Source: an uncultured Candidatus Saccharibacteria bacterium
GTDB lineage: Bacteria > Patescibacteriota > Minisyncoccia > Phycocordibacterales > UBA918
Direction: 5' to 3'
Assembly (NCBI GenBank): GCA_964638425.1
Contig: CAZWYM010000003.1
Location: 16,289 to 80,288, forward strand
DNA: 64,000 bases
Every line of letters starts with the position of its first letter. Position 1 is the stretch's first letter. This document shows, piece by piece, positions 10,280 through 19,842 of this stretch. Below the pieces are notes generated by a model that was not told where the DNA came from, did no database searches, and was given only the letters and a program-made list of their open reading frames with translations. The translations under genes and the position numbers were made by a program.

Positions 10280-11103
10280 AAATTACGAAAGCTGACGGAG
10301 GAGTAGAAGAATTTAAACCGCAGAAATTAATCTCATCACTGAAAAAGGCTGGAGCAAACCCTCAAGAAATTTCAAGAATTGTTTCTTCAATTGAATCGTC
10401 TCTTTTAGACAGCATGAAGACACAGATGATCTATCAAAAAGCATTTCAAATGCTTCGAGAAAGTGACGAGCCGATTGCGGCAAAGTACTCATTACGAAGA
10501 GCGGTATTTGGTCTCGGGCCAACCGGTTTCCCCTTTGAAGATTTCCTTGGGAAAATCTTTGAGGCAGAAGGGTACCAAACAAAACGAAGACTCATTTTGA
10601 AAGGGAAGTGCGCTACTCATGAAATTGACCTCGCTGCGTATTCTCCTTCACACAGTTTTGTTGCAGAAGCGAAGTTTCATATGCATCCAGGTATCAAATC
10701 TGATTTGCAAGTTGCAATGTATTCATACGCACGGTATCTCGACCTAGAGTCAGCGCGCATTTGTAAGGAAGATGTGTGTGGCATCATTTCACTTTCTGTG
10801 ATTACGAATACTAAGTTCACCGAAGCAGCTATACAGTATGCAAAGTGTAGCGGTATCGATCTTCTCAGTTGGGATTACCCTAAGCACAACTCTCTTCATT
10901 CAAAAATTGAAAAGCTCGGTGTATACCCAATCACAACACTCGCTCGTCTTTCTACAACACAAAAACAAGTACTGCTGAGTAACGGAGTAATACTCTGTTC
11001 TGAAATTATAAAAAACCCACAAGAGCTACAAAGAATTGGATTGTCAGGAACAAAAATAGATGCTGTGCTACGTGAGGCGGTTGCGCTCTGTGGCTCAAAA
11101 TAG
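10276..11103 (+). CDS. ATP-cone domain fused to restriction-endonuclease-like (Mrr-cat, PD-(D/E)xK) domain with C-terminal HhH-like tail
   Basis: The N-terminus (MKITKADGGVEEFKPQKLISSLKKAGANPQEISRIVSSIE) is ATP-cone-like, as in NrdR/RNR. The middle region (FEDFLGKIFEAEGY…THEIDLAAY…VAEAKF) carries a D…EAK nuclease motif. The C-terminus (LSNGVI…LQRIGLSGTKIDAVL) is HhH-like. Confidence 0.55.
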   Translation: MKITKADGGVEEFKPQKLISSLKKAGANPQEISRIVSSIESSLLDSMKTQMIYQKAFQMLRESDEPIAAKYSLRRAVFGLGPTGFPFEDFLGKIFEAEGYQTKRRLILKGKCATHEIDLAAYSPSHSFVAEAKFHMHPGIKSDLQVAMYSYARYLDLESARICKEDVCGIISLSVITNTKFTEAAIQYAKCSGIDLLSWDYPKHNSLHSKIEKLGVYPITTLARLSTTQKQVLLSNGVILCSEIIKNPQELQRIGLSGTKIDAVLREAVALCGSK

Positions 11104-11165
11104 GACTTTTTGACAAATATTTTTACTGAATGTCGAATTATACGGCTTAAGTATTGAACCTATGC

Positions 11166-11190
11166 TCATGATATAATTTAAAACGTATTA
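11166..11190 (+). promoter_or_regulatory. candidate extended -10 promoter (TGaTATAAT) upstream of 11217 gene
   Basis: The sequence ctcaTGaTATAATtt lies about 30 nt upstream of the ATG. Confidence 0.35.
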
Positions 11191-11216
11191 ATAGAGATAG
11201 TATTTACGTAAGAAAT

Positions 11217-11738
11217 ATGTCAGAAGTAGAAACGCAAGAGAATCAAAAGACTGTAGTGGCATTTATCACAGGACTACTTATCGGTGGACTCCTTGTTTGG
11301 GTTTTTTCATCAACGCCTGAAGGAAAAACAAAAGAAACACCAAACGAAGAAGCAAAGACAGAGGTATCGCAAAATGATTCAAAGAATGAATCAACAAAGA
11401 CAGAAACTATATCAGCAGATGTTATTGGAGAAGGCTCAGTTGTTGTTGCTGATCAAAAAGCAGGGAAGACAATTTCACTAGGTGAGACAAAGTTCCCAAC
11501 AAAGAAAGGTTGGGTAGTTGTTCGAGACTATGCAAACAACAAGGCAGGTAACATTCTCGGTGCTGCGAGATACAGCAGTGAGGAAGGACTCGCACCAAAG
11601 ACAGTTGAACTTATGCGCGATACTGTAGCAAATAGCACATACCAAGTTGTATTTTATACAAACAATGGCGACACTGGTTTCAAACTCGGTGAAGACACTG
11701 TCATTGACGGTATTGCAACTACATTCAAGGCTAACTAA
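11217..11738 (+). CDS. hypothetical membrane-anchored protein
   Basis: A 173 aa ORF with one N-terminal TM helix, a K/E/T-rich linker and a C-terminal ~90 aa domain. No motif was recognised. Confidence 0.4.
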   Translation: MSEVETQENQKTVVAFITGLLIGGLLVWVFSSTPEGKTKETPNEEAKTEVSQNDSKNESTKTETISADVIGEGSVVVADQKAGKTISLGETKFPTKKGWVVVRDYANNKAGNILGAARYSSEEGLAPKTVELMRDTVANSTYQVVFYTNNGDTGFKLGEDTVIDGIATTFKAN

Positions 11739-11765
11739 CAAGTCTCTCGGGATTACAATCTCAGC

Positions 11766-11800
11766 AAAAACGAGCACCTTTGGGTGCTCGTTTTTGTTTT
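11766..11800 (+). terminator. rho-independent terminator
   Basis: AAAAACGAGCACC-tttg-GGTGCTCGTTTTTGTTTT follows the stop at 11738. Confidence 0.6.
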
Positions 11801-11835
11801 ACCCTGATTCTGGCGAATGGTATACTTCTACAACT

Positions 11836-12621
11836 ATGGCAACATTCCAGAAAAAGTACAATCCAAATCGAAATAGTGACTGGAATTACGGAGGCGCAAA
11901 GTGGCGACTCTCTCGTTCAAAAATTGATTTATTTATAGAGTGTCCTCGTTGCTTTTATATCGACAACAAACTCGGCACCGCACGACCTCGCGGACCAGCG
12001 TTTACACTAAACGTAGCTGTAGATGCGCTCTTTAAGAGTGAATTTGATACATATCGCAAGAAAAAAGAAGCACACCCGCTTATGAAGCAGTACCACATAG
12101 ATGCTGTTCCATTTGAACACAAAATGCTCAATACATGGCGAGAGAACTTTGAAGGAATAGAACATGTACATGCAAAAACCGGACTTACTATTTCTGGGGC
12201 TATTGATGATGTATGGATAGATACTGAGGGGAAGCTTATTGTTGTCGACTACAAAGCTACTGCTAAAGAAGGGACAATCGAAACGTTGAGTGACTCATCT
12301 TGGGAAGATCAGTACAAGCGACAAATTGGGGTCTATCAATGGCTCTTTATTCAAAACGGATTCAAGGTAAATGACGTTGGGTATTTTGTGTATGCAAACG
12401 GAGACGGGAGCTTGCCTGAGTTCAACAATACACTCACCTTCGAAACGACACTCGTCCCATGTGAAGGAGATATGGACTGGATTGAGCCAACACTCCTCAA
12501 GATCAAGGAATGCCTTGAGAGCGACACATTTCCGAAGTCTGGCGAAGCATGTGAATTTTGCCCGTATCGAGAAGCATGTGGGAAAAAGCTCCAGCAGATT
12601 CACAAAAATGGCAAAGGCTGA
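11836..12621 (+). CDS. PD-(D/E)XK nuclease with Cas4/RecB-like 4-Cys cluster
   Basis: A VVDYKAT (D-x-K) motif and QIGVYQWL (QxxxY) are present. There is one N-terminal Cys (CPRCFY) and three C-terminal Cys (CEFCPYREAC), as in Cas4-type Fe-S nucleases. The start is at ATG 11836, after the upstream terminator. The ORF caller's 11647 start lies inside the upstream gene. Confidence 0.6.
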   Translation: MATFQKKYNPNRNSDWNYGGAKWRLSRSKIDLFIECPRCFYIDNKLGTARPRGPAFTLNVAVDALFKSEFDTYRKKKEAHPLMKQYHIDAVPFEHKMLNTWRENFEGIEHVHAKTGLTISGAIDDVWIDTEGKLIVVDYKATAKEGTIETLSDSSWEDQYKRQIGVYQWLFIQNGFKVNDVGYFVYANGDGSLPEFNNTLTFETTLVPCEGDMDWIEPTLLKIKECLESDTFPKSGEACEFCPYREACGKKLQQIHKNGKG

Positions 12622-12886
12622 ACAGACATTTACTGAATGCGTTAAAGACGTTGTAAAAGCTATTCCACGTGGAAAAACAATGAGTTACAAGGAAGTTGCA
12701 ATACGCGCAGGAAATCCAGGGGCAGCACGTGCAGTTGCGCGCATTATGAGCGCTAGTTTCGATGATTCAGTACCCTGTCATCGAGTTATCTGTTCAAATG
12801 GTACTCTTGGTGGGTATAATAGAGGTGGTACAAAGTCAAAGCAGGAAATACTCCTCCGCGAGGGTGCACTCTCTAATGTAATATGA
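12608..12886 (+). CDS. MGMT/Ogt-family DNA-binding domain protein (mini-Ogt, retains PCHR Cys)
   Basis: The 92 aa sequence …MSYKEVAIRAGNPGAARAVARIM…VPCHRVICSNGTLGGY… matches the C-terminal domain of O6-alkylguanine-DNA alkyltransferase with the active-site PCHRV motif. The start at ATG 12608 overlaps the upstream gene end. Confidence 0.65.
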   Translation: MAKAEQTFTECVKDVVKAIPRGKTMSYKEVAIRAGNPGAARAVARIMSASFDDSVPCHRVICSNGTLGGYNRGGTKSKQEILLREGALSNVI

Positions 12887-13233
12887 ATTTCCAAAACGAC
12901 ATACAAACAATTGAAAGAAGGATCTCAGAACTACAACGAAAAGTCGATAGCTTTGAACGTGACGAACAACAACTGAAACCGCGTCTTGAAAAAGCTAAGA
13001 AGCTCGTCACTGATGGACAGAATGAACTTGAACGATTACAGGTCTCAACGAGAAAGATTCAAGAAACAATCCAACAGTCGCAACGTGATGTTCGAAGCAT
13101 TACAGACGAGCAACTCAGAATCCTCAACGAGAAAACACGTATAGTTACGCAAATTGCTTCTCAAAATAAAGAAATGGAACGTGTCCAGAGAATGAGTGAT
13201 GAAGAAGTTCGAAGGAACGCCCTTAAAAAGTAG
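12883..13233 (+). CDS. hypothetical coiled-coil protein
   Basis: A 116 aa ORF rich in E/K/Q/R with heptad-like periodicity and no known motif. Confidence 0.35.
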   Translation: MNFQNDIQTIERRISELQRKVDSFERDEQQLKPRLEKAKKLVTDGQNELERLQVSTRKIQETIQQSQRDVRSITDEQLRILNEKTRIVTQIASQNKEMERVQRMSDEEVRRNALKK

Positions 13234-13236
13234 ACC

Positions 13237-13833
13237 ATGGCATACTCATACGCAATCGAACAAGCAATACGCGCCGCATCAGTCCTTCATAAGGATCAGG
13301 TTCGTAAGGGGCAAGTTCCTTATCCGTATATTACCCACCTCTATGCGGTTGCTATGATTGTGTCTGACTACACGAATGACGAAGATACTATCGTTTCTGC
13401 TCTTCTTCATGACACTCTTGAAGATACTGACTACACAGAAGCTGAAATCGAAGATGATTTCGGAGGGAAAGTTCGAGAAATTGTTTCTTCTATAAGCGTA
13501 CCCCCACTCAAGAGCAACGATAAGGCTGGAATAACAGAACAAAAGAAGCAATACCTCAAACAGCTAAAGAGCGCCAGTGAAAATGCACTCATTGTTGTTG
13601 CGGGTGACAAAATTCACAATATGCGTTCAATTGTTGAGGAGTACTACGATAACCACTCTGGTTTTATTGCAGAATTTGGAAGCCAACTTGAACCTCGATT
13701 ACAGATGTACCAAGAGATAAGCAATGCACTTAATCGCAATTTGAAAAATGCTATACTAGCCGAGTTCAATAGTGTTTTTACTGAATATAAGAATTTCATC
13801 CACAATGTCGAAAAGAAGCGCAACGAATATTGA
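13237..13833 (+). CDS. HD-domain hydrolase (RelA/SpoT-type HD; small alarmone hydrolase-like)
   Basis: The sequence HLYAVAMIV…ALLHDTLEDT matches the RelA/SpoT hydrolase HD motif. No synthetase domain is present. Confidence 0.6.
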   Translation: MAYSYAIEQAIRAASVLHKDQVRKGQVPYPYITHLYAVAMIVSDYTNDEDTIVSALLHDTLEDTDYTEAEIEDDFGGKVREIVSSISVPPLKSNDKAGITEQKKQYLKQLKSASENALIVVAGDKIHNMRSIVEEYYDNHSGFIAEFGSQLEPRLQMYQEISNALNRNLKNAILAEFNSVFTEYKNFIHNVEKKRNEY

Positions 13834-13849
13834 GCAGAAAAAAGCCCCA

Positions 13850-15124
13850 ATGAAGCTTGTTAAGGTGAAGAAAAAGAATTCACTTACTGAGTATATTTTG
13901 CCAAAAAGTGGTCTCCGGGTGCTCTATATGTACCGCCCAAAAACAGGCGTCATAACAACAGACATCGTATACAAAGTAGGATCACGTGATGAAGATAGGG
14001 GAGAAACCGGAATTGCACATATGCTTGAACATATGCTCTTTAAGCCGACACAACAGGATTTGAAACGGGGAAGTGAATCAGCAGCAATGGACTTCGAACG
14101 TGAGACGGGAGCAACACTTAATGCAAATACATGGAAGGATAGAACTTCATATTACTTCTCATACCCAAAGGAGCATTTTAATAGAGCACTTCAAATCGAA
14201 GCTGAGCGAATGCAAGATGTTGTCTTGACTGATCTTGAGTTTTTACCTGAACGAACCAATGTACTCAGCGAATTTGATATGTATGCAGGAGATGAACAGT
14301 TTTCACTTTCAGTTGAAATGATGTCAGTTGCATTTCGCTCACACACCTATGGTCACGAGACTATCGGATACCGCGAAGATATTGAGGCATACACCACGGA
14401 CAAACTCCAAAAATTTTATAAAAAATTCTACGCTCCACACAATGCTGTACTCATTATCGTTGGAGATGTTAAAGAGCAGGAGATGCAGGAAGCCGTACTA
14501 AAGCATTTTGGAAACCTGAAGCAATCACCTATTGAAATCAAAAGAGCAGAGATATGTGAACCCAAGCAAGAGGGTATTCGTTCAGTTACGATTAAGCGAC
14601 CTTCGACAACCCAAGTCTATGCTCACGGAGTTCGACACGAAGGATTTCCTTCAAAAGCGTGGTTTGAAACCATGATTGTTTTTGAAATGCTCGCAAGTGG
14701 AGACGACAGCATCCTCCACAAAAAACTCATTGATAAAGGACTTGCAACAAATATTAATGTATCGCTAGAGCCATCACGAGAAAAAAACCTAGCAATACTC
14801 TTTGTGACACTAAACGACAAGATGAATCACGAGAGCATGCAAAAGTTACTCCCTACAATTATTCACGACCTTACCCTAAAGGAAATAACTCCATATCTTC
14901 AAAAAACTATTGCAAAGGCACTCACCTCAGAATTCATTTCACGAGAAAATAGCCTTGGGATATGTAGTGAGCTTGTCGAGTACGTCAGCGCTGATTCATG
15001 GGAAGATTTCTTCAATTCTGAAAAAATCCTTTCATCAATAACAGCTCACGATATTAAAGAAAGGATACAGCTACTCTTTACTGAAGAAAATACGACTATT
15101 GGCTATTTCAAAGGTACCAAATAA
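13850..15124 (+). CDS. M16-family zinc peptidase (pitrilysin/insulinase-like), active subunit
   Basis: An HxxEH inverted zinc motif (HMLEHMLF) lies near the N-terminus. The start was chosen at ATG 13850 after the upstream stop. The ORF caller's 13772 start overlaps the HD gene. Confidence 0.75.
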   Translation: MKLVKVKKKNSLTEYILPKSGLRVLYMYRPKTGVITTDIVYKVGSRDEDRGETGIAHMLEHMLFKPTQQDLKRGSESAAMDFERETGATLNANTWKDRTSYYFSYPKEHFNRALQIEAERMQDVVLTDLEFLPERTNVLSEFDMYAGDEQFSLSVEMMSVAFRSHTYGHETIGYREDIEAYTTDKLQKFYKKFYAPHNAVLIIVGDVKEQEMQEAVLKHFGNLKQSPIEIKRAEICEPKQEGIRSVTIKRPSTTQVYAHGVRHEGFPSKAWFETMIVFEMLASGDDSILHKKLIDKGLATNINVSLEPSREKNLAILFVTLNDKMNHESMQKLLPTIIHDLTLKEITPYLQKTIAKALTSEFISRENSLGICSELVEYVSADSWEDFFNSEKILSSITAHDIKERIQLLFTEENTTIGYFKGTK

Positions 15125-15125
15125 T

Positions 15126-16406
15126 ATGCGAATACAATCAGAACAAACAAAAGCTCTCATTTCTACCTCAATCATCCGCGAAGATGAACGATTTGTAACC
15201 GTATCACTTTCGACAAAGGAAACGGTTGAACAGAGCGCCTACGCACAAGCGCTTAGACTTGTGTATGGGGAGATACTTACCTCTGGTTCAGGAAAGCTCT
15301 CACGTGAAGCATTTCACGATGCACTAAGTAAACTAGGTTCAGAAATTAAAATCTCAAGTAGCGGAACCCTTACCACCGCATCACTTCGCTCACTCGACAC
15401 AAAACTAGGAGCAACAATAAAGCTTTTTGAAGCAATGATAAAAGCTCCACTTTTTGAAGCAACGGAGTTACAGAGAATCAAGGAATACCTTAGAAACAAT
15501 CTACTCCTATTAAAGGAAGATGCTCGTTCTGAATCCTACCGAAACTTTGTAGCTTCACTCGTGCATTCAGATGATCCTCGTTACATTTTTGGAGTTGATG
15601 AGGTAATTCTAAATTTAAAAAAGGTAACAAAGCAAGATCTTATTAAATACCACACGTCACTCTGGAAAAGTGATTGGATTGTAACCTGCGGTGGAAGTGA
15701 AGCGTGCTGTAAGACATCACTATCTGCAGTTGAGAAACTACGAAAATTCACTCATTCAAAAACACTCACTGAGTCAAAGCAACTTAAAATTGAACAAACT
15801 GAAGGCAAAAGAGTCGTACTCACTGACATTCCCAACAAACAAAATATTGAATTCAGCATTGGGGGAAGTGTTCAATTAACCATGAACGACCATGACTACA
15901 TTCCGCTCATGTTTGGTATGTGTGTACTGGGAATCTACGGTGGTTTTTCTGGAAGACTTATGAGTAGTGTGCGTGAGAAGGAAGGACTTACGTATTCAAT
16001 CTACGCGCAGCTCGAAGGCATAACACTTCACGACCAGGGCTTTTGGAGAATCATGACGTTCTTTGCTTCAAAAGATGCTGTAAAAGGAATCACTTCAACG
16101 TTGCGTGAAGTAAAGAAAATTGCCGAGGAAGGTATCACTGCAAACGAGCTAAAACGTTTTAAATCCATTCTTAAGACACGCTACGCGCTCATCGAGGACT
16201 CTCTCCTTAAGAAAGTACGAGAATCACATACAGTGAGGATTGCTGGATTGAGTGTTGATGAGTTTATGTTGCTTCAAAATGCAATTGAGAAGCTGAGCGT
16301 AACCGAGGTTAATTCTGCACTAAAAAAGCATATCAATGTAAAGTCACTTATTATCTCTGGAGCAGGACCGATTTCATCTGTTGCTCCTGACATACGCAAA
16401 ATATAA
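15126..16406 (+). CDS. M16-family peptidase, second (non-catalytic-type) subunit
   Basis: It is adjacent to the active M16 gene and has the M16 fold pattern but no HxxEH motif. This is the usual paired arrangement. Confidence 0.6.
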   Translation: MRIQSEQTKALISTSIIREDERFVTVSLSTKETVEQSAYAQALRLVYGEILTSGSGKLSREAFHDALSKLGSEIKISSSGTLTTASLRSLDTKLGATIKLFEAMIKAPLFEATELQRIKEYLRNNLLLLKEDARSESYRNFVASLVHSDDPRYIFGVDEVILNLKKVTKQDLIKYHTSLWKSDWIVTCGGSEACCKTSLSAVEKLRKFTHSKTLTESKQLKIEQTEGKRVVLTDIPNKQNIEFSIGGSVQLTMNDHDYIPLMFGMCVLGIYGGFSGRLMSSVREKEGLTYSIYAQLEGITLHDQGFWRIMTFFASKDAVKGITSTLREVKKIAEEGITANELKRFKSILKTRYALIEDSLLKKVRESHTVRIAGLSVDEFMLLQNAIEKLSVTEVNSALKKHINVKSLIISGAGPISSVAPDIRKI

Positions 16407-16464
16407 TATACGTACACGTATTGCTAGAAATATGGCTCAATATCTTGTATAGTAGCACGTAACT

Positions 16465-18405
16465 ATGTCTGGAAACGAAATCAGAAAAAAATACCTCGAA
16501 TTCATGGAGAAAAACGGTCATGCGGTTATTCCGTCGTCTGCACTTATCCCTGAAAACGACCCAACAACACTTTTTACCGGAAGTGGTATGCAACCCCTTG
16601 TGCCATACCTTATGGGTCAGGATCACGCCATGGGTACACGTCTCACAAACTCTCAGAAGTGTTTCCGTGCTGAAGATATCGAGGAGGTTGGCGACAACAG
16701 ACACACTACTTTCTTTGAAATGCTTGGAAACTGGTCTCTTGGGGACTACTTTAAGGAACACCAAATCCCTTGGATATACCGCTTCCTCATGGATGAAGTG
16801 AAACTTAATCCAGAAAACTTCTATGTCACTGCATTTGCTGGAGATGCAGGGGCAGGAGTACCTCGTGATGACGATTCAGTAGAAATCTGGAAGACTCTTT
16901 TTAGCGAAAGAGGAATTACTCACGGTGTCGCGCATATGGGTTCTGAAAAGGAAGGTAGTGAGCGAGGAATGCAGGAAGGGGAGCGAATCTTTTTCTATGA
17001 TTCATCAAAGAACTGGTGGTCACGAGCAGGGAGACCTGAGAAAATGCCTGTTGGAGAGATTGGTGGGCCTGATACAGAAATGTTTTATGACTTTGGTACA
17101 CCACACGACACAAAATTTGGCCCACACTGTCATCCTAACTGTGATTGTGGGCGGTTCCTCGAAATCGGGAACTCTGTGTTTATTGAATACATAAAGACCG
17201 AGGATGGTTCATTTAAATCACTTCCGAAGCAAAACGTTGACTTCGGAGGTGGCCTAGAGCGAATCACTGCAGCATCAGTAGGAAATGCAGATGTCTTTGC
17301 TATCGACCTACTCCAAAACGTTATTACAAAGATAGAGGAGTTGTCAGGGAAAAAATATTCTGACCACACCGTTGCATTCCGTGTTATTACCGACCACATC
17401 CGTGGGGCGGTGTTTATGATTGCTGAAGGTATCTACCCAAGTAACGGAGAACAGGGATACTTTACAAGACGACTCCTTCGTCGAGCAGTGCGGTACGCAG
17501 ACATTGTTGAAATTCCGCACGGTGACCTACGTCTTCTCGCAAAGAGTGTTGTAGATACCTACAAGGACCACTACACAAAGATCGCTGAACATGAAGCAGA
17601 TATCATCGATTCTATTCATGGCGAAGAAGTACAATTCCGAAAAACACTCGAAAAAGGGCTTAAGGAATTCAATAAAGTAGCTCTGAAAGTGACCATCCCT
17701 GTGACTGAACGTGAGGGGAAAGTTGTTATCGATACATCAAAGAAGACACCAGCAACAAAGTTTATTACTGGAGAGAATGCATTCAATCTCTTCACGACGT
17801 ACGGTTTTCCAATTGAGCTCACTGTGGAAATTGCTAAAGAGCGCGGTATGACTGTGGCAATGAACGAATTTGAGGCACTCATGGTAAATCACCGAGAGCT
17901 TTCTCGTTCAGGAGCAGAGCAAAAATTTAAAGGCGGTCTTGCTGATCACTCTGAAAAAGTTGTTGCGTACCATACCGCTACACACCTTCTTCTTGCCGGA
18001 CTACGAAAAGAACTAGGAGATTCTGTACACCAAGCAGGTTCAAATATTACTAATGAACGACTCCGTTTTGATTTTACCTACGAAGAGAAAGTACCTGAAG
18101 AAACTTTGCGTAAGGTAGAGCAGTTCGTAAATGACGCAATCAAGAAAGGAGCGAAGGTAACTATCGACACACTTGCAAAGACAGAAGCAGAAAAAGACCC
18201 AACAATTGAGGGAAGTTTTTGGGACCGATACCCAGACCAAGTAACGGTGTACACCATACGAGACAATGACGGCGTCGTATATTCACGAGAACTTTGTGGT
18301 GGACCACACGTAGAGACAACTGAACACATCAGCGGGACATTCAAAATTCAAAAAGAAGAATCGTCTTCAAGAGGCGTTCGGAGGATTAAGGCTGTTCTTG
18401 AATAG
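16465..18405 (+). CDS. alaS: alanyl-tRNA synthetase, short form lacking C-terminal (C-Ala) domain
   Basis: The N-terminal catalytic core (…NDPTTLFTGSGMQPL…QKCFRAEDIEEVGDNRHTTFFEMLGNWSLGDYFK…) and the editing-domain HxxxH/CGGxH motifs (HTATHLLLAGLR…CGGPHVETT) are present. The protein ends at 646 aa. Confidence 0.85.
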   Translation: MSGNEIRKKYLEFMEKNGHAVIPSSALIPENDPTTLFTGSGMQPLVPYLMGQDHAMGTRLTNSQKCFRAEDIEEVGDNRHTTFFEMLGNWSLGDYFKEHQIPWIYRFLMDEVKLNPENFYVTAFAGDAGAGVPRDDDSVEIWKTLFSERGITHGVAHMGSEKEGSERGMQEGERIFFYDSSKNWWSRAGRPEKMPVGEIGGPDTEMFYDFGTPHDTKFGPHCHPNCDCGRFLEIGNSVFIEYIKTEDGSFKSLPKQNVDFGGGLERITAASVGNADVFAIDLLQNVITKIEELSGKKYSDHTVAFRVITDHIRGAVFMIAEGIYPSNGEQGYFTRRLLRRAVRYADIVEIPHGDLRLLAKSVVDTYKDHYTKIAEHEADIIDSIHGEEVQFRKTLEKGLKEFNKVALKVTIPVTEREGKVVIDTSKKTPATKFITGENAFNLFTTYGFPIELTVEIAKERGMTVAMNEFEALMVNHRELSRSGAEQKFKGGLADHSEKVVAYHTATHLLLAGLRKELGDSVHQAGSNITNERLRFDFTYEEKVPEETLRKVEQFVNDAIKKGAKVTIDTLAKTEAEKDPTIEGSFWDRYPDQVTVYTIRDNDGVVYSRELCGGPHVETTEHISGTFKIQKEESSSRGVRRIKAVLE

Positions 18406-18409
18406 CTCA

Positions 18410-18440
18410 CCTCTTGAAGATTCAAGAGGTGAGAAATGGG
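18410..18440 (+). repeat. perfect 13-bp inverted repeat hairpin directly after alaS stop (no U-tract)
   Basis: The sequence CTCACCTCTTGAA-gat-TTCAAGAGGTGAG. Confidence 0.5.
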
Positions 18441-18631
18441 AAGGGACCCATTTCGCAAGAGGTTGTCGATTTTTTTCTGATATTAGTTTTCAAAGCAAAT
18501 TTGCTCAGAAAAAAATCATACAACCTGAACGGAACCTGTAAGGTTTTCGGAGAATTAAAGCTATCCTTGAATAATGAGTTACATGTAGATTACTCCACTA
18601 TTACTGCACGGAGCGCGGTATACTTGTTGTA

Positions 18632-19825
18632 ATGTTTCATTTTGGTGGAAAAAATTCCGGCCCTGTATACGGAGCGCTCATTGACATCGGTTCGGGAAGT
18701 ATTGGTGTTGCTGTTGTTGTCTCAGACCCTGAGAAGAAACTACCTCAGCTTCTCTTTGCGCGACGCATCAACATGCGCGTCTCGGAACGCAGTACCGAAA
18801 AAACCGAGAGTGTTCGCCGTATTAAGGAGGCATTACTCTCTGCATCACTTACGCTTTCTCAAGAAGGCTACCAAGCACTCACAGCGAGTGCACCACACGC
18901 AAAAATAACAAAGCTATACGTAACCTGCACATCACCTTGGTCATTTACCATCTCACGAAATGTACACTACGAGAACGAAACGCCTTTTAAAATAACGCCA
19001 GAATTAATGGAAGATTTAGTACAAAGTGCTGAATCTGAGATGTTTACCCAGCTCGATAGTCAATCACACCTTTCAGAAGCTGGATTCGAAGTAGTAGAGC
19101 GCGCAACAGTAGATGTCCTCGTAAACGACTACCGAATCATCAATCCACTCAATGTAACGGGCACTACCTTGAGTCTTTCACATATTGCAGGGCTCGTACC
19201 CAAGGAAATTCTTACGGGAGTATATGAAGTGCAAGATAAATTATTCCCAAACACTGAGCTACATACACACACATACATGCTTGCGATGTATTGCGTTATG
19301 CGAGACATTTTCCCAAACATGCACTCATCATGCATCATCGATGTTACTGGAGAAGCAATCGAATTTGGTATTGTCGAAAATAACCTTTTGATTGAAAACA
19401 CTTTCATTCCAAATGGAAGCTCGAGCTTCATGCGTGAGGTCTCAGAAAAAACAGGGAAGCCATCGAGCGATATCCTCACAAGAATGCGTTCTTTTGGAGA
19501 AGAGGGAGACAAACTCAGTACAGAACTAAAAGAATACATTGAAATGTATGTTGAATATGTCGTTCAAGGCCTCAATACCATTCTTGAACACAGAATCTTG
19601 CCTTCAGACATCATTATTACCGCACATCAGTCATACGAGAAGCTTTTCAAGTTCATTATTGAAGAAGCATTACGGCGAGTAAAGCCAAGTACCTCACGAA
19701 TTATTCTTGTTGATCAAAGTATCGTCGAACAAATTACCGAAGGTTCAGACGGGGATGTGTACCTAGCACTTGGTGCAGGCTTTTTCCACAAATTGCATGG
19801 GGGAGGTGAGGCGAAGGGCGATTAA
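18632..19825 (+). CDS. hypothetical protein, possibly ASKHA-superfamily (Ppx/GppA or FtsA/PilM-like) ATPase fold
   Basis: The N-terminal GALIDIGSGSIGVAVV and the later IIDVTGEAIEFGIV resemble the phosphate-1 and phosphate-2 motifs of the actin-like ATPase fold. The match is weak. Confidence 0.3.
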   Translation: MFHFGGKNSGPVYGALIDIGSGSIGVAVVVSDPEKKLPQLLFARRINMRVSERSTEKTESVRRIKEALLSASLTLSQEGYQALTASAPHAKITKLYVTCTSPWSFTISRNVHYENETPFKITPELMEDLVQSAESEMFTQLDSQSHLSEAGFEVVERATVDVLVNDYRIINPLNVTGTTLSLSHIAGLVPKEILTGVYEVQDKLFPNTELHTHTYMLAMYCVMRDIFPNMHSSCIIDVTGEAIEFGIVENNLLIENTFIPNGSSSFMREVSEKTGKPSSDILTRMRSFGEEGDKLSTELKEYIEMYVEYVVQGLNTILEHRILPSDIIITAHQSYEKLFKFIIEEALRRVKPSTSRIILVDQSIVEQITEGSDGDVYLALGAGFFHKLHGGGEAKGD

Positions 19826-19842
19826 GAGTATATACTTATCAT

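Noticed and set aside
11647-11835. ORF-track start of the Cas4-like nuclease at 11647
   Set aside because: That start lies inside the upstream gene and reads through its rho-independent terminator. ATG 11836 just after the terminator gives a protein beginning at the conserved region.
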